NCBI RefSeq assembly: GCF_036321535.1
Contig: NC_087436.1
Span: 21,764,001 to 21,828,000 of the forward strand
Length of the DNA: 64,000 nucleotides
Direction of reading: 5' to 3'
Origin: Camelus dromedarius
Taxonomy: Eukaryota
In this document: positions 13,493-24,087 of the stretch, in pieces
Numbering within the stretch: the first letter of the stretch is position 1
Layout: each line of letters starts with the position of its first letter
The notes under the pieces: generated by a model
The model's input: the letters and a program-made list of their open reading frames with translations, nothing else
Told to the model about the DNA's origin: nothing
Databases searched by the model: none
Program-made: the position numbers and the translations under genes

Positions 13493-13914
13493 GTCTGAGC
13501 ATTTGACTTTGGCAATCGCGTGAGATAAAAGATGAAAAAATATGCGGTGAAATATGTAAAAATCAGTTCAGAGTCTAGTGCTGAGTGTGTATGTGTGTTT
13601 AAATTTAAGTGCCACGATATATGTAAATTGCTTCAAACTCTTAGGAGATAGAAGCCACTCTAAATTCAAAGTATGATGTATTTACAATTCTAAGGAATAT
13701 ATGAAAAGTGTAAAAAATAGCCAAGATAAACACAGAAGAGAAAATTTTTATGCAGCATACATTTAAAGTAAAATGGGAGATGTTGCAGTAAGAATTAATA
13801 TTAATAATTTAAGTAATACAACCTAAAGACAGAACATGTGTTCTAGTAATGGGTACTCGCATGGAAATAGGAGAGGTACATTATCAGCAGAAGAGTCAAG
13901 GGAATGGGATTGGT

Positions 13915-14132
13915 GACAGCTACCTGTTTTCAAATCCTGCCTTTGCTCACTGGCTCTGTGGCCCAGGTAACTTTCAGTAATCAAGCTGTGCTTCAGTTTC
14001 CTCACTTATAAAATGGGATAATAGTGTGCCCAGCAGTTAAGGTTGTTATGAGTATTAAACGTGTAAGACAGCAACTCAGAACAATGCCTGGTTTGTATTT
14101 GACAGTACTAAATGTTTATTTTTTATTATTAC
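13915..14132 (+). mobile_element. MIR SINE
   Basis: TTCAAATCCTGCCTTTGC...CTGTGCTTCAGTTTCCTCACTTATAAAATGGGATAATAGT...AGAACAATGCCTGG. Confidence 0.85.
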
Positions 14133-15234
14133 AATAATAATAATAAGGTACTTCTAATTCAGCTTAAGAATTTTAAAAATAGTTTTCAAAAAGTAGAAGT
14201 TTTCTTGAGTTCATTTTATTGCTAAATTGCCTATGGGAAAATATTTGATTATTTGAATAAACAACAGAAAATGAAAATTTAAGATTAAGTAAATAAAATT
14301 ATCAGTGAAATTAGAGTATATCATTTAGAGAAAATGTTTTCATCAATTAAGCAAAAGGTCTAAATAATGAAAAACAAAAAGGTAGAAATTAATTATTCCC
14401 AATATTAAGTGTTCTGTATGTTTTAAACACGGAATGTGGCCTTTTATCGTTATTTTATTTCTGCCTTTCCTCTGATATAGATTAAGCATACATTTCAAGT
14501 GCTTGGACTTTGATTATTACTTTTGTGGGTTTTCATTATTGATACTTAATCTAGGTATAATTTTAATTCAGAGAAGAGAAAGCTTTTTCTATCTCACTGC
14601 TTGTAGACAGAGGTAAACAGGTGTTAATTGTATTTCTTTTTTTTTCTTTCCAAAGTTTAAATGCAGACACTTCCAAAAACCTGAAATTCTAAACCTTTTA
14701 TGTTTGTGTTTTTCTTGTCTGAAATAATTGTTTCATAAAATAAGCAAAGGGGAAATTAGAAAGGAATCCAGCTGGTAGCAGTTTTAGTATTTGCAAAAGG
14801 AAATACTTTCAAAGGTCAGTTATAACACTTCAAATCGGTCTCTAGATGTTTCCTGGCTAATGTAGCCCAAATTAAAAAAAAGTCTCAAACATATGTACTG
14901 TTAAATATACAGATATGCTTTAAAATGGAATATGCATACATTTTATGCTAGATTCCCTTTTAGTAAACAAAATCAACAATGAATAAGCAATTTTAGGAGG
15001 ACTGTTATTGGTTAAAAATACAGAAAATGGCTTGTGTTCCAGGGAAAACACGAATGTTCTGTCTCTAGTTGTCATCCTGAGTTATTGCACCTGTAGTTGC
15101 TGAGGAAAAACATTTGCAGACCGAAATCTGCTCTTTTATTTCTTCCCAATCATCTTTAAAATCAAGGATTATCTTTAAAATTTATTTGTGCCCTTTTTTC
15201 AAGTGGGACAGACAGGTGAGTGGAGATTCCAATG

Positions 15235-16530
15235 CTATTTAAAAAAATACTTATCAAAGTATAACATGCATATGGAAAGTGAGCAGATCTTAAGTGGATA
15301 GCTTGATAAATTTTTGCAAAGTGAACACAACTGAAGATCTAAAAGGCAGATCAAGGAGAGACTAGTATCAGTACCTCAAAAGTTCCCCTTATGTCCTCTC
15401 CAAGTCGCTATGCACAGCACAAGAGGTACCCCCACCACATTATATATAAATGCTGTCATGTTGTGTGTGCTTTCTTGCATATGACTTCTTACCCTAAATA
15501 TTGCATGTGATATTCATCCATTTTGTTCATTTAACTGTTCATTTGTTTGTTCTTTCTAATTAATGTATAGCATTTCATTGTATAAATAGATCTTAACTTG
15601 TTAATCTGTTCTGTTAATGGAATTTGGGTTATTTCCATTTTTTCCCTATTGTAAAGAGTCCTACTATGAACATTCTTGTACATAATTTTCGGCAGCCATA
15701 ATATGCCTTTAGAGTGGTTATAAACCTAGTAGTGGAATTTGCCCAGCCATAGGACGTGTATACGTCTACCTTTAGTAAATACTACCAAACTGTTTTCTAA
15801 AATTACACCGATTTCCACTCTCTGCCCCCATCAAGCAGGATATGATGGTATCATTGTTCCATATTCTTGTCCACTCTCTTATTTTAAATTGAAGTACAGT
15901 CAATTATAATGTGTCAATTTCTGATGTACAATACAATGTCTCAGTCATGCATATACACACCTATATTTGTTTTCATATTTTTTTCATTAAAGTTTATTAC
16001 AAGATATTGAACATAGTTACCTAAGAGACTTGTTTTTAAAATCTGTTTTTATATATAGTGGCTAACATTTGTAAATCTCAAACTCCCAAATTTATCCCTT
16101 CCCACACCCTTTGCCTGGTAACCGTAAGATTATTCACTATTTCTGCGAGTCTTTTTCCATTTTGTAGATGACTTCATAGTGTCCTTTTCCCCCCAACTCT
16201 TGATATTATCTGTCCTTTTTATTTTAGCCACATTTGTCTGCATGTAGTGGTATCTCACGGAGATTTTAATTTGCATTTCCAAAGGACTAGGCTTGAGAAT
16301 ATTTTCACGTTTACTGAAAATTTGAATGCTCTCTTTTGTGAAATTTCTGTTTATGTCTTTTGTCCATTTTTCTATTGAGTTGTCTGCCTTGTTCTTATTC
16401 CTTTGTAGGAGTTTATTTAAGTATTCTGAATATCAGTCATTTTCTGATATATGTATTGAAGAGTTTCTTCTTGTACTCTGTGCCTTGCCATTTCATTCTC
16501 TACCTGGTATCACTTGATGAACAGATCTTT
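15235..16530 (-). mobile_element. L1MB/L1ME-type 3' end with a nested younger L1
   Basis: CTATGAACATTCTTGTACAT, CCTAGTAGTGGAATT and TAGTGGTATCTCA...TTTTAATTTGCATTTCC are antisense L1 motifs. Confidence 0.8.
15878..16192 (-). mobile_element. Camelid-type L1 3' end nested in older L1
   Basis: TTTTAAATTGAAGTACAGTCAATTATAATGTGTCAATTTCTG...CAAACTCCCAAATTTATCCCTTCCC; the host L1 resumes at CCAACTCTTGATATT. Confidence 0.8.
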
Positions 16531-16590
16531 TTTTCCCCCTGTTTTGTGGGTGAGAGTGAGATTTTATTGATTGATTGATTGATCTTCCAG

Positions 16591-16850
16591 TTTTTTTAAA
16601 AATTGAGATATAATTGACATACAGCACTGTGTAAGTTTAAGGTATAGAGCATAATAATTTGACTTACTTCATGAAATGAGTACCTCAGTAAGTTAAGTGA
16701 ACATCTGTCATCTCCTATAGATAGAAAATTTAAAAAAATTTTTTCTTTGTGATGAGAATTCTTAGGATTTACTCTCTTAACGACTTTCATATATGACATA
16801 CAGCAGTGTTAATTACATTTATCATGTTGTACATTACATCCCTAGTACCC
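16591..16850 (-). mobile_element. Laurasiatherian-type L1 3' end
   Basis: ATTGAGATATAATTGACATACAGCACTGTGTAAGTTTAAGGT...CTTAGGATTTACTCTCTTAAC; homologous to 41651-41860. Confidence 0.85.
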
Positions 16851-16944
16851 ATCTAGACGGGAGTGTAGGAAGGTGTGTTACCAGTTCAGGAGGTGCTAGA
16901 AAAAGTGGCATTGTTGCCTCTGCTTTGTCCTCACCTGCACAATA

Positions 16945-17030
16945 CTCTTGAATAAATGAGTCTGCCACTCCGATCTTTAGTTTCCTCATCTGAAAAATGG
17001 TGACATTGGACTAGATGCTATTTAGTTCCT
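16945..17030 (+). mobile_element. MIR3/MIR fragment
   Basis: AGTTTCCTCATCTGAAAAATGG...TTGGACTAGATG. Confidence 0.65.
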
Positions 17031-18129
17031 TTTTATCGAGGGTGGATGACTTAGATTTTAGATCATTGGCTGTGCTTTCAGACTTTTTCCCTTCTACTCT
17101 TCCCCTTGAAGCTTTGTGACTATAGGGGACAAGGGGTTTCTTATGATCTCATTTCGGGGGAAGATAGTAGGGGAGGCCAAGCCCACCCAGCACTCCTGTG
17201 TCCCCTGCTCAGGGCTCTTGGGAACATCTGTCTCCCTGGGACACCACACAGTGGCTGTGGGGATAGTGGGGTTCTGTCTCAGGTTCACGTCTTAGACACT
17301 TCCCTCCCTCCTCTGATGCCCCTTAACTGCTCCTATGTCATGTGAAGTGCTGAATGCTGGTTTTCTCCGAGTTTGCTTCAGTCTGTGCCCCGAAAAGTAT
17401 CTGTTAGTCCTAATGCTCCTATTACCATGTTCATGTGGGGCTTTAACTTAGAGGAGGGGAAATAATGACTCCGTGTCTGACCCCTTCCTCTTCTGCCTGT
17501 CCTCTACGACCCTTGAACCTGGGGTAGTTTTCCGTATCCTTTTACATCACACGCTATGCTTTCTCCACTCTTGGCACTGTCATATTCTGTGATCTAGTTC
17601 TATAGGTCTGACTTCTAATGTGTTAATGGCAACTAAGATTGTGTTTTTAAAAATCTTGCTTTTCCTAAGGAAAGCTGGTAGAGAAGACTATTGTCTTGCT
17701 GTGGACTCAGAATTCTTGCTGGATGTCAAATTCTAAACACCTTTCTTATTTTATTGATCTTGTAACTATCCTAGTCCTACTTGAGGCGAGTGCTACCCCT
17801 GGCAGAAAGGTGAGGTCCTACGTAGAAAAATGCAAAAGCGTTACATGTAGATATATTTCCAAATAATAGCGCCCTTGTTACATGTTGACCTGTCCTCTTT
17901 CTCACATATCACCTCTATCTCTTTCCTATCTGATGTATCACTTTGTTCAGATATTCTTTATATTTGCACAACAGAAAGATTTTTTTAATAGAATTTCTAT
18001 CATAGAACATGGTGAGATATTAATGCTATAAATGTTAACTCTGACTTATATTCATTAATAGGAACCTAATACATAGCAAGTAGCTATGTACTTACTAGGG
18101 ATCTCCCTCCCATGCTGAGTTTTGAATTA

Positions 18130-18545
18130 GGCACTGAAGGGGATAGGTGAGAGTCAGAAGGTGCAATAACGGTCTTTTAGAAACTTGAAATATAGTTGGG
18201 AAGACGTGACAGCACAACGCAACCCAAGAAAGCAGTGTAAATGATAGGCATTGACTGTTTTCACTATACAAGGTCAGAGAGTATAAAATCAACAGAGTCC
18301 ACAGTACCTGGAGATCATTTGTGGAGAAGCTGGAATTCAAGCTTTGACAGGGTGGTAAATTTGGAAGGTGCTGAAAAGTAAGAATTGAACCACAACCAGC
18401 AGGAATAGACATGGAGAAAGGAAGTGGGGGAGAAGAACACAGGGGCCCCTGGGCACTCTGCCTGACAGAATAGGAGGGATTATATTGAAGAACAATGTAA
18501 GACTCATGGAATGCTCAGGAAACTTAAAAAAAATCCAGTAGACAT
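18130..18545 (-). mobile_element. L2 fragment
   Basis: Purine-rich, GCTTTGACAGGGTGGTAAATTTGGAAGGTGCTG...AGGAATAGACATGGAGAAAGG. Confidence 0.5.
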
Positions 18546-18689
18546 ATTTTATAATTTTTAGCTGCCTCCCTCATGGTTTTCTTAAAGCTCAAATTATAAA
18601 AACTAATAACACAGGATGTAAAATTTGAAAATTTTGACCTCCTAAGGCAATAGCTACCAGATACCAAAGTGGTATTTGAGATGCATTAC

Positions 18690-19780
18690 GTTGCAGAAGT
18701 CCCCTAGTAGGAGCTGGAGATCTAGTTAGATGCTGCCTACATTCCTAATGCAAAAGGGGTGGGAGATCTGGAAATTAAAGGCTGATTTCTTCGGAGTGAC
18801 CCAAAGGTCCCCTAGGAACGTCCACAAGGAGGTAGGCTGTGTGGTGTTTTCATGTTTCCCACATAAGTGCTCAAAAGTGGTGTGTCAAGGAGACTCAGTA
18901 AGTTTTTTGTTTGTTTTGTTTTTGTGTTTATTTGGGGGGGCTAATTAGGTTTATTTATTTATTTTTTAATGGAGGTACTGGGGATTGAACTCAGGACATC
19001 ATGTACGCTAAGCACGTGCTCTTCCACTGAGCTATACCCTCCCCTCCTCAGTGAGAGTTTAGTATGTGTCCCTTGAAGTTTTGGCGGTGGTCGTAGAGAC
19101 AGTGCACTGGCTTCGGATGAGTCTAAAGACCAGGAATTGAGCTAGTGGGCAGTCCGTGGCAGAGCGAAGGAGAGGTGCTGAATTGGGATTAGCCTGTTTC
19201 CCTGGGGTTTGTTAGGGGGTTCCCTATGGAACCGATGTGGGCATGAGTGTGAGAAAGCTATCATGAGGCTGTCCAGGTCCTGTCCCCAAAGGCTGCCCGG
19301 TGACCAAACTGGTCTCAACTGATAGAAGCTTCAGGTGCCACTTGGAGCTGAGGGTGGAGTAAGGGATGAGGTGAGATGAATGACTCACATCAAGTACAGA
19401 CGAGAGGACCCCAGTGACTGGAGAAGCAGGAGCAGTCGCAGGAGAACCTGGAATAAGTTGAGAATCAGCTTTAAATACATACGAGCCCGCCTAGCTCAGT
19501 GACCAGAAAGTCAGCCTTCCTTCTCCACTGACCTCTTCTTTCCCCACCTCCCCTTTTTCACTCCAGAGGCATTGGAACCAACATTAATTAGCTGGGGAGG
19601 AGGGACCTGGGGGAAAAAATATGGGACCCTCTTTTTTGGCTGTGGTTTCCATTGTAGCAGATCCTAGCCATGGAGGTAGACAATTTAAAGTTTAAATCAG
19701 CTCTTTATATGTAGCTGGGTATTCTGGTTTCTAAATTGAGGATATGTTTGGTGACTTCATGTAAATGTAAGATTTTTTTT
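18690..19780. mobile_element. Ancient LTR-like element (MamGypLTR/LTR8x-like, family uncertain)
   Basis: GC-richer block ending TTTAAAGTTTAAATCAG...TTCTAAATTGAGGATATGTTTGGTGAC, reminiscent of old eutherian LTRs. Confidence 0.35.
18903..19046 (-). mobile_element. Camelid tRNA-derived SINE (Vic-1-like), long form
   Basis: GGGGGGGCTAATTAGGTTTATTT...GGAGGTACTGGGGATTGAACTCAGGAC...CACTGAGCTATACCCTCCCC. TSD CTCAGTAAG / CTCAGTGAG. Confidence 0.9.
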
Positions 19781-19840
19781 GAAAGCTCTGGGTGATCAGG
19801 GTATGGGTAAGGCCCTAATGCTTATTGGCTCCAAAGATGA

Positions 19841-20253
19841 TGTGTTAGTTAACAGGAGCTCCTGTAACAAACTGCCACAAACTGGGTGGCTCGAAACAGG
19901 AGATGTCTACTCTCTCACCGTTCTGGAGGCTAGAAGTCCAAAGCCAAGATGTCAACAGGGCCATGTTCTGTCTGAAAGCTCTAAGGGTCGTATGTTTATG
20001 ACTTTCTCAGTCTCCAGTGTTGGCGGCATTCCTTGGCTTGTAGGTACTCGAGTCTCTGCCTCCCTAGGTCTCCACGATTGTCTTCCTCTGTGTCTTTGTC
20101 TTCACGTGATATCTCCTCTCTCTGTAAATTTGTATTTGTGTCTCATGTTATAAGGACATCAGTCATAGGGGATTAATGGTGTACCCTACTCCATGCAGTG
20201 TCATTTTAACTTATGTCCCTACTTACCTGCGTGCCAGACTTAGTCTTTCCAAG
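19841..20253 (-). mobile_element. MLT1B/C-type MaLR LTR
   Basis: TGTAACAAACTGCCACAAACTGGGTGGCT...TTCTGGAGGCTAGAAGTCC...TTATAAGGACATCAGTCAT. Confidence 0.9.
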
Positions 20254-20399
20254 TCCTTCTCTTTTGTGAGATCTTCTTAGACCAGACAGGCTACGGTCAG
20301 CCAGTGTTTACCAGTTCAGCTAGTTTGATTGAACTTTTCTTTAAGATTATTTTTTAAATGACCCTTTCCTGATGGCAGAATATTCTTTTAATCCTTTCT

Positions 20400-20590
20400 G
20401 TGGCTTCAACACATCTGTATTGTTTAGTGATAGTATTTTCACAAACTACTTGAAATAATTGTCTACAAATGTGTCTTCCATTAAACTGTATTTTCCTCGA
20501 GTCCTTTTTGTTTATTATGGTTTCTCTGAAGTCTGTTATAGACCCTGGCTTGCAGTAGGGGCTCACTAAGTGTTTTCTAAATTGGATTGA
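20400..20590 (+). mobile_element. L2 3' end
   Basis: CCCTGGCTTGCAGTAGGGGCTCACTAAGTGTTTT resembles the L2 terminus. Confidence 0.6.
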
Positions 20591-20964
20591 GTATTCACAA
20601 GAGCTGACAGGGGCCTTTTGCTTCAAGTGAATGTTGGAGTATATCCCAATTTCTGGGAGGACATCTTTAAATTAAAATCCTCAGCAAAGTCCAGGGAAGT
20701 CACTGCAGTGGAGTGACAGCTTCCTCACCCCCTCGAAATGCTTTTCATCTTTTTCCCTTGCCTGCCCAAATACCTGAAACAACTCTATTTCCTTTGCCAT
20801 CACAGAGTCTGATTAATAATAAATAAGCAAATTAAGTAACATCTAGTATGATGTGATTTAAATCATTCTACCATGTGGCTCACTAGGGCAGTGATTTTCA
20901 AAGGGCAGCAAGGTTTTTTTTTATAAGGAGAACAATGATAATAATGCTAATAATGATGTTTATA

Positions 20965-21135
20965 ATTATAATAGCTAACATTCTTAGTTCTAGCTCCTGT
21001 ATATGTATTTCTCTCATTTCTTTATCCTATCAGTTCTATGAAGTAGGAAGAATTATCATTCCGATGTTACAGATGAAAAAGGAAGGTTTACAGACTTTAA
21101 TTTCCTTGCCTAAATTCACACCACTAGTAAGATGC
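20965..21135 (-). mobile_element. MIR SINE
   Basis: CTATGAAGTAGGAAGAATTATCATTCCGATGTTACAGATGAAAAAG...TTGCCTAAATTCACACCACTAGTAAG. Confidence 0.75.
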
Positions 21136-22027
21136 TGTGGTAATTGCAGTTATATGACTGTTCTTATAATGACTGTTAAAGTCAATTAATCAACATTACT
21201 TTTAACTGTTTATATGTTTTTTTCAGTCAAATGACTTCTTAAGGGGTGAGTTTAAAATACCTATCTACGTGACAGTCCTTTCTGGAGACCTATTGCTCAG
21301 ACTTGAATTTCTTATCCTCCAATCTGAACATTCAGATAATGATGCAATAAAATCTTTTATGGGATACTCCTCAAGACTGTTATATGCTAAGGGAGGGAAT
21401 AAGATATATTTTCATAACTTTTGACTTCTACAAAGTACTTCCCTCCTCATCGCAGCATAGAAAATCTCTGAAATTGCATCTCATAAGGAGGGTAATCACC
21501 AATTATTTACCGAGTCATCCCACACTATCTCATTGTATCATTTCTGTGGAAAGACGGAATAGAAAAACATCCAAACTTTCATGCACATTTAAAAACCCAT
21601 ACTCACTGGGGGAGGGAGGAAAGTAAGTTTAGATAATTGCAAATTCCATTTCAGCCAGTTGTATTCCAAGTAAATGTTCTGTCCCGACATGGATTACATC
21701 TTATCTTTTGAAATGGTTGAAGCTAATGCTTTTCTGTGCTCACGTGCTAGTCTTGTTTCCATGTGAGAAAAGAGAGCAAAGCAAAGAAGTTGGGTTGAGA
21801 ATCTGTCTCTGTCACCCATGTTCTCAGCTGCAGGGGAGAGGGGACCTTTGGGAAAGTTATTTGGCATTTAAAGGAAGTGGTTCCCAAGGCAGCTGCTGAA
21901 GGACATTGAATATTTTGTTAAATGATTTTCTTCTCTGCCCTCTTTTACTAATAAATCTTCTTTAAGAGGCATTTAAAGAGTAAAAGGAAAGGTTGTTTTT
22001 ATTAATCTCTTTTCTCTTTGCCCACAG

Positions 22028-22090
22028 AACCTAAAGAAATGGTGTTACCTGGCAAGAGATCTGCTGTCCTTTATAAAAAGTCAGACCAAG
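22028..22090 (+). CDS. Probable internal exon (63 nt) of the same gene; phase-1 (E)PKEMVLPGKRSAVLYKKSDQ, phase-0 NLKKWCYLARDLLSFIKSQTK
   Basis: Strong acceptor TTAATCTCTTTTCTCTTTGCCCACAG| and donor AAG|GTAATG. Length is a multiple of 3, flanks are repeat-poor, and the frame is compatible with exon 10-78. Confidence 0.7.
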
Positions 22091-23544
22091 GTAATGCTTA
22101 TTTTGAACTGATTTTTAGGGTTTTTAGTCATTGTAACCTTCATACATTCCACTAGTTGGTTTTTCTTAATTCCTAGTTTCAGCTATTGAATAATCTATCA
22201 AAAAAGTAAATTGTTATCTGAAAAATAGAAGGAATGATTTTGGTTCATCACCATGTTTAGGATGTGAACAGTAAATTTTAAAATATACATTAGCTTAAAG
22301 CATTGTGGATAGTGGTTCATTTTCTGACACTGATCTTTCATTTATGTTGATTTATGGATAGGATCTCTACTAGAAGATTGTGTTCTCTTTGTTTGGAAAT
22401 AACTCCTGTGAGTGTATCATATTTACAAATGATAGGCAGTAAGAGAATTAGATTTTTTTATTAAGATTTTCCTTTTATTTAAGCATTGGTCAGTTGTCTT
22501 TACATGTCATTTTTTGAATAGGCAAAAATTTCAGTGCAAATTCCTAGAAAACTTCATTGAGTCTGATGAAGACACCCTTACACAAAATGTATATTTTCTT
22601 TGGAAAGATTGAATTATATCTTACAGTTGTTGAATAGCATGCCTGATTATGTTCAATAGATTGCATATTTAGTTGCTAAATTTTCAAATTGCTATGTAAT
22701 TTATTTACATATGTTGACCTAAGAATGTAAACACTCATGCAGATATTCTGATGACATATACGTGTAAACAAATTGGAGCATAGATGCAGATATAAAATGT
22801 GTGTATGTTTTATGAATAAAGCTGCTATCTCAAAAGAGTTTTTAATAGAAAAGTTTCTGAAAGGTTAGAATCCTGATGGGAACTAAATCCATCTATTGAT
22901 ACCATCTGCTTATATAGCTATGAAGATATGATGCCACTTTATATGTATAGACACACATCATGGATTTGTTGAAATGTGTATTAGACTACATAAGAATTGG
23001 AACTAATTGGGTTCTGTTTTTGATAAATTGTCTGATTTCTAAAGAACAAATGAGTGCCGAAACAAAGGAAGCATTTGAATTTAATGAACATCAGAAGAAA
23101 ACTGGTTTCTGAACTTTAATTTGCAGTTGAGCAGAAGTAAATTGTTAGGCTGAATTACAAACTGGGGTGTTTCTAGTTATTTTTGGCTTTTAGTTAATTT
23201 TTTGAAGGAGATATTAAACCCCTTAAGGAAATAGCTTCTCTCCTCTAAAGGGGATTTTACATTCTAGGCATTCTGTTCAGGTTTTATCTATACTAAAATG
23301 TGAATTCAAACTATAAAGTATTTTTAAATGGTTAATGAAGTCAACTGAGGGCTACCTTTTGCATAGAACTATTAGCTGTGACTGCCCAAAGAGAGAGACA
23401 CTGTGATGAGAGCTAATACCTAGACAATGTGTAGAAGAGTTAGTTCAGTTGAAGCTGAGCTCTGTGATGCAGACGTAGGGAGATGAATGGTAGAAAAGTG
23501 CTGGTTGAGGGATAATCAATGGAAGATGACACAGTAAAAAGAGA

Positions 23545-24087
23545 TGTTATCCCAAAAGGGGAAGAGAAAAGACCCCAGTTTTTATCATACCCCAAAGACA
23601 GGAATTCAGTTGGAGATGGAGCACTGTGTAGTGAAAGATTTTACAGGATTTATTAGTAAAGGAAATGTACACTTGCAAGAATGGGAGGTGGGCTGATCCA
23701 GGGAGGAAAAGCGCTGTTTTTGCCCCTTATCTTACACCCTTGCTTAGAGGTGAGGTGGTCTTTTGACTGGTTGACAGTTCTTGCCCCTGGAGTGCTGAGT
23801 TATGTCTGGCCCCTTGGTGCATGTTCTTACCCATAATGCACACAGAAAAGCCCACGAGGCTAAACTGCAATGCTAACTGTATTACAGTGAGCATTGGGTC
23901 ATGTCTGGCTGGGTCCTTCTCACTACCTCGCAGTTGCGGCTGTCGGCTTCTAACTGGTTTCTTGCTGGCACTCACTTAGAAGTAAAGCCCCTTTATGTGG
24001 GTGGTAGGCATACTGCCATCTTCTGGACCATCCTCCCTCTCCTCCACCTTATCTGCCCAGTGCCTCGACTTATCTAACTACCTAACA
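23545..24087 (-). mobile_element. Solo ERV LTR (ERV1-like), 543 bp
   Basis: Inverted termini TGTTA...TAACA, flanking near-direct repeats AAAGAGA / AAAGGGA, TTTATT (minus-strand AATAAA) near 23650. Confidence 0.75.
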
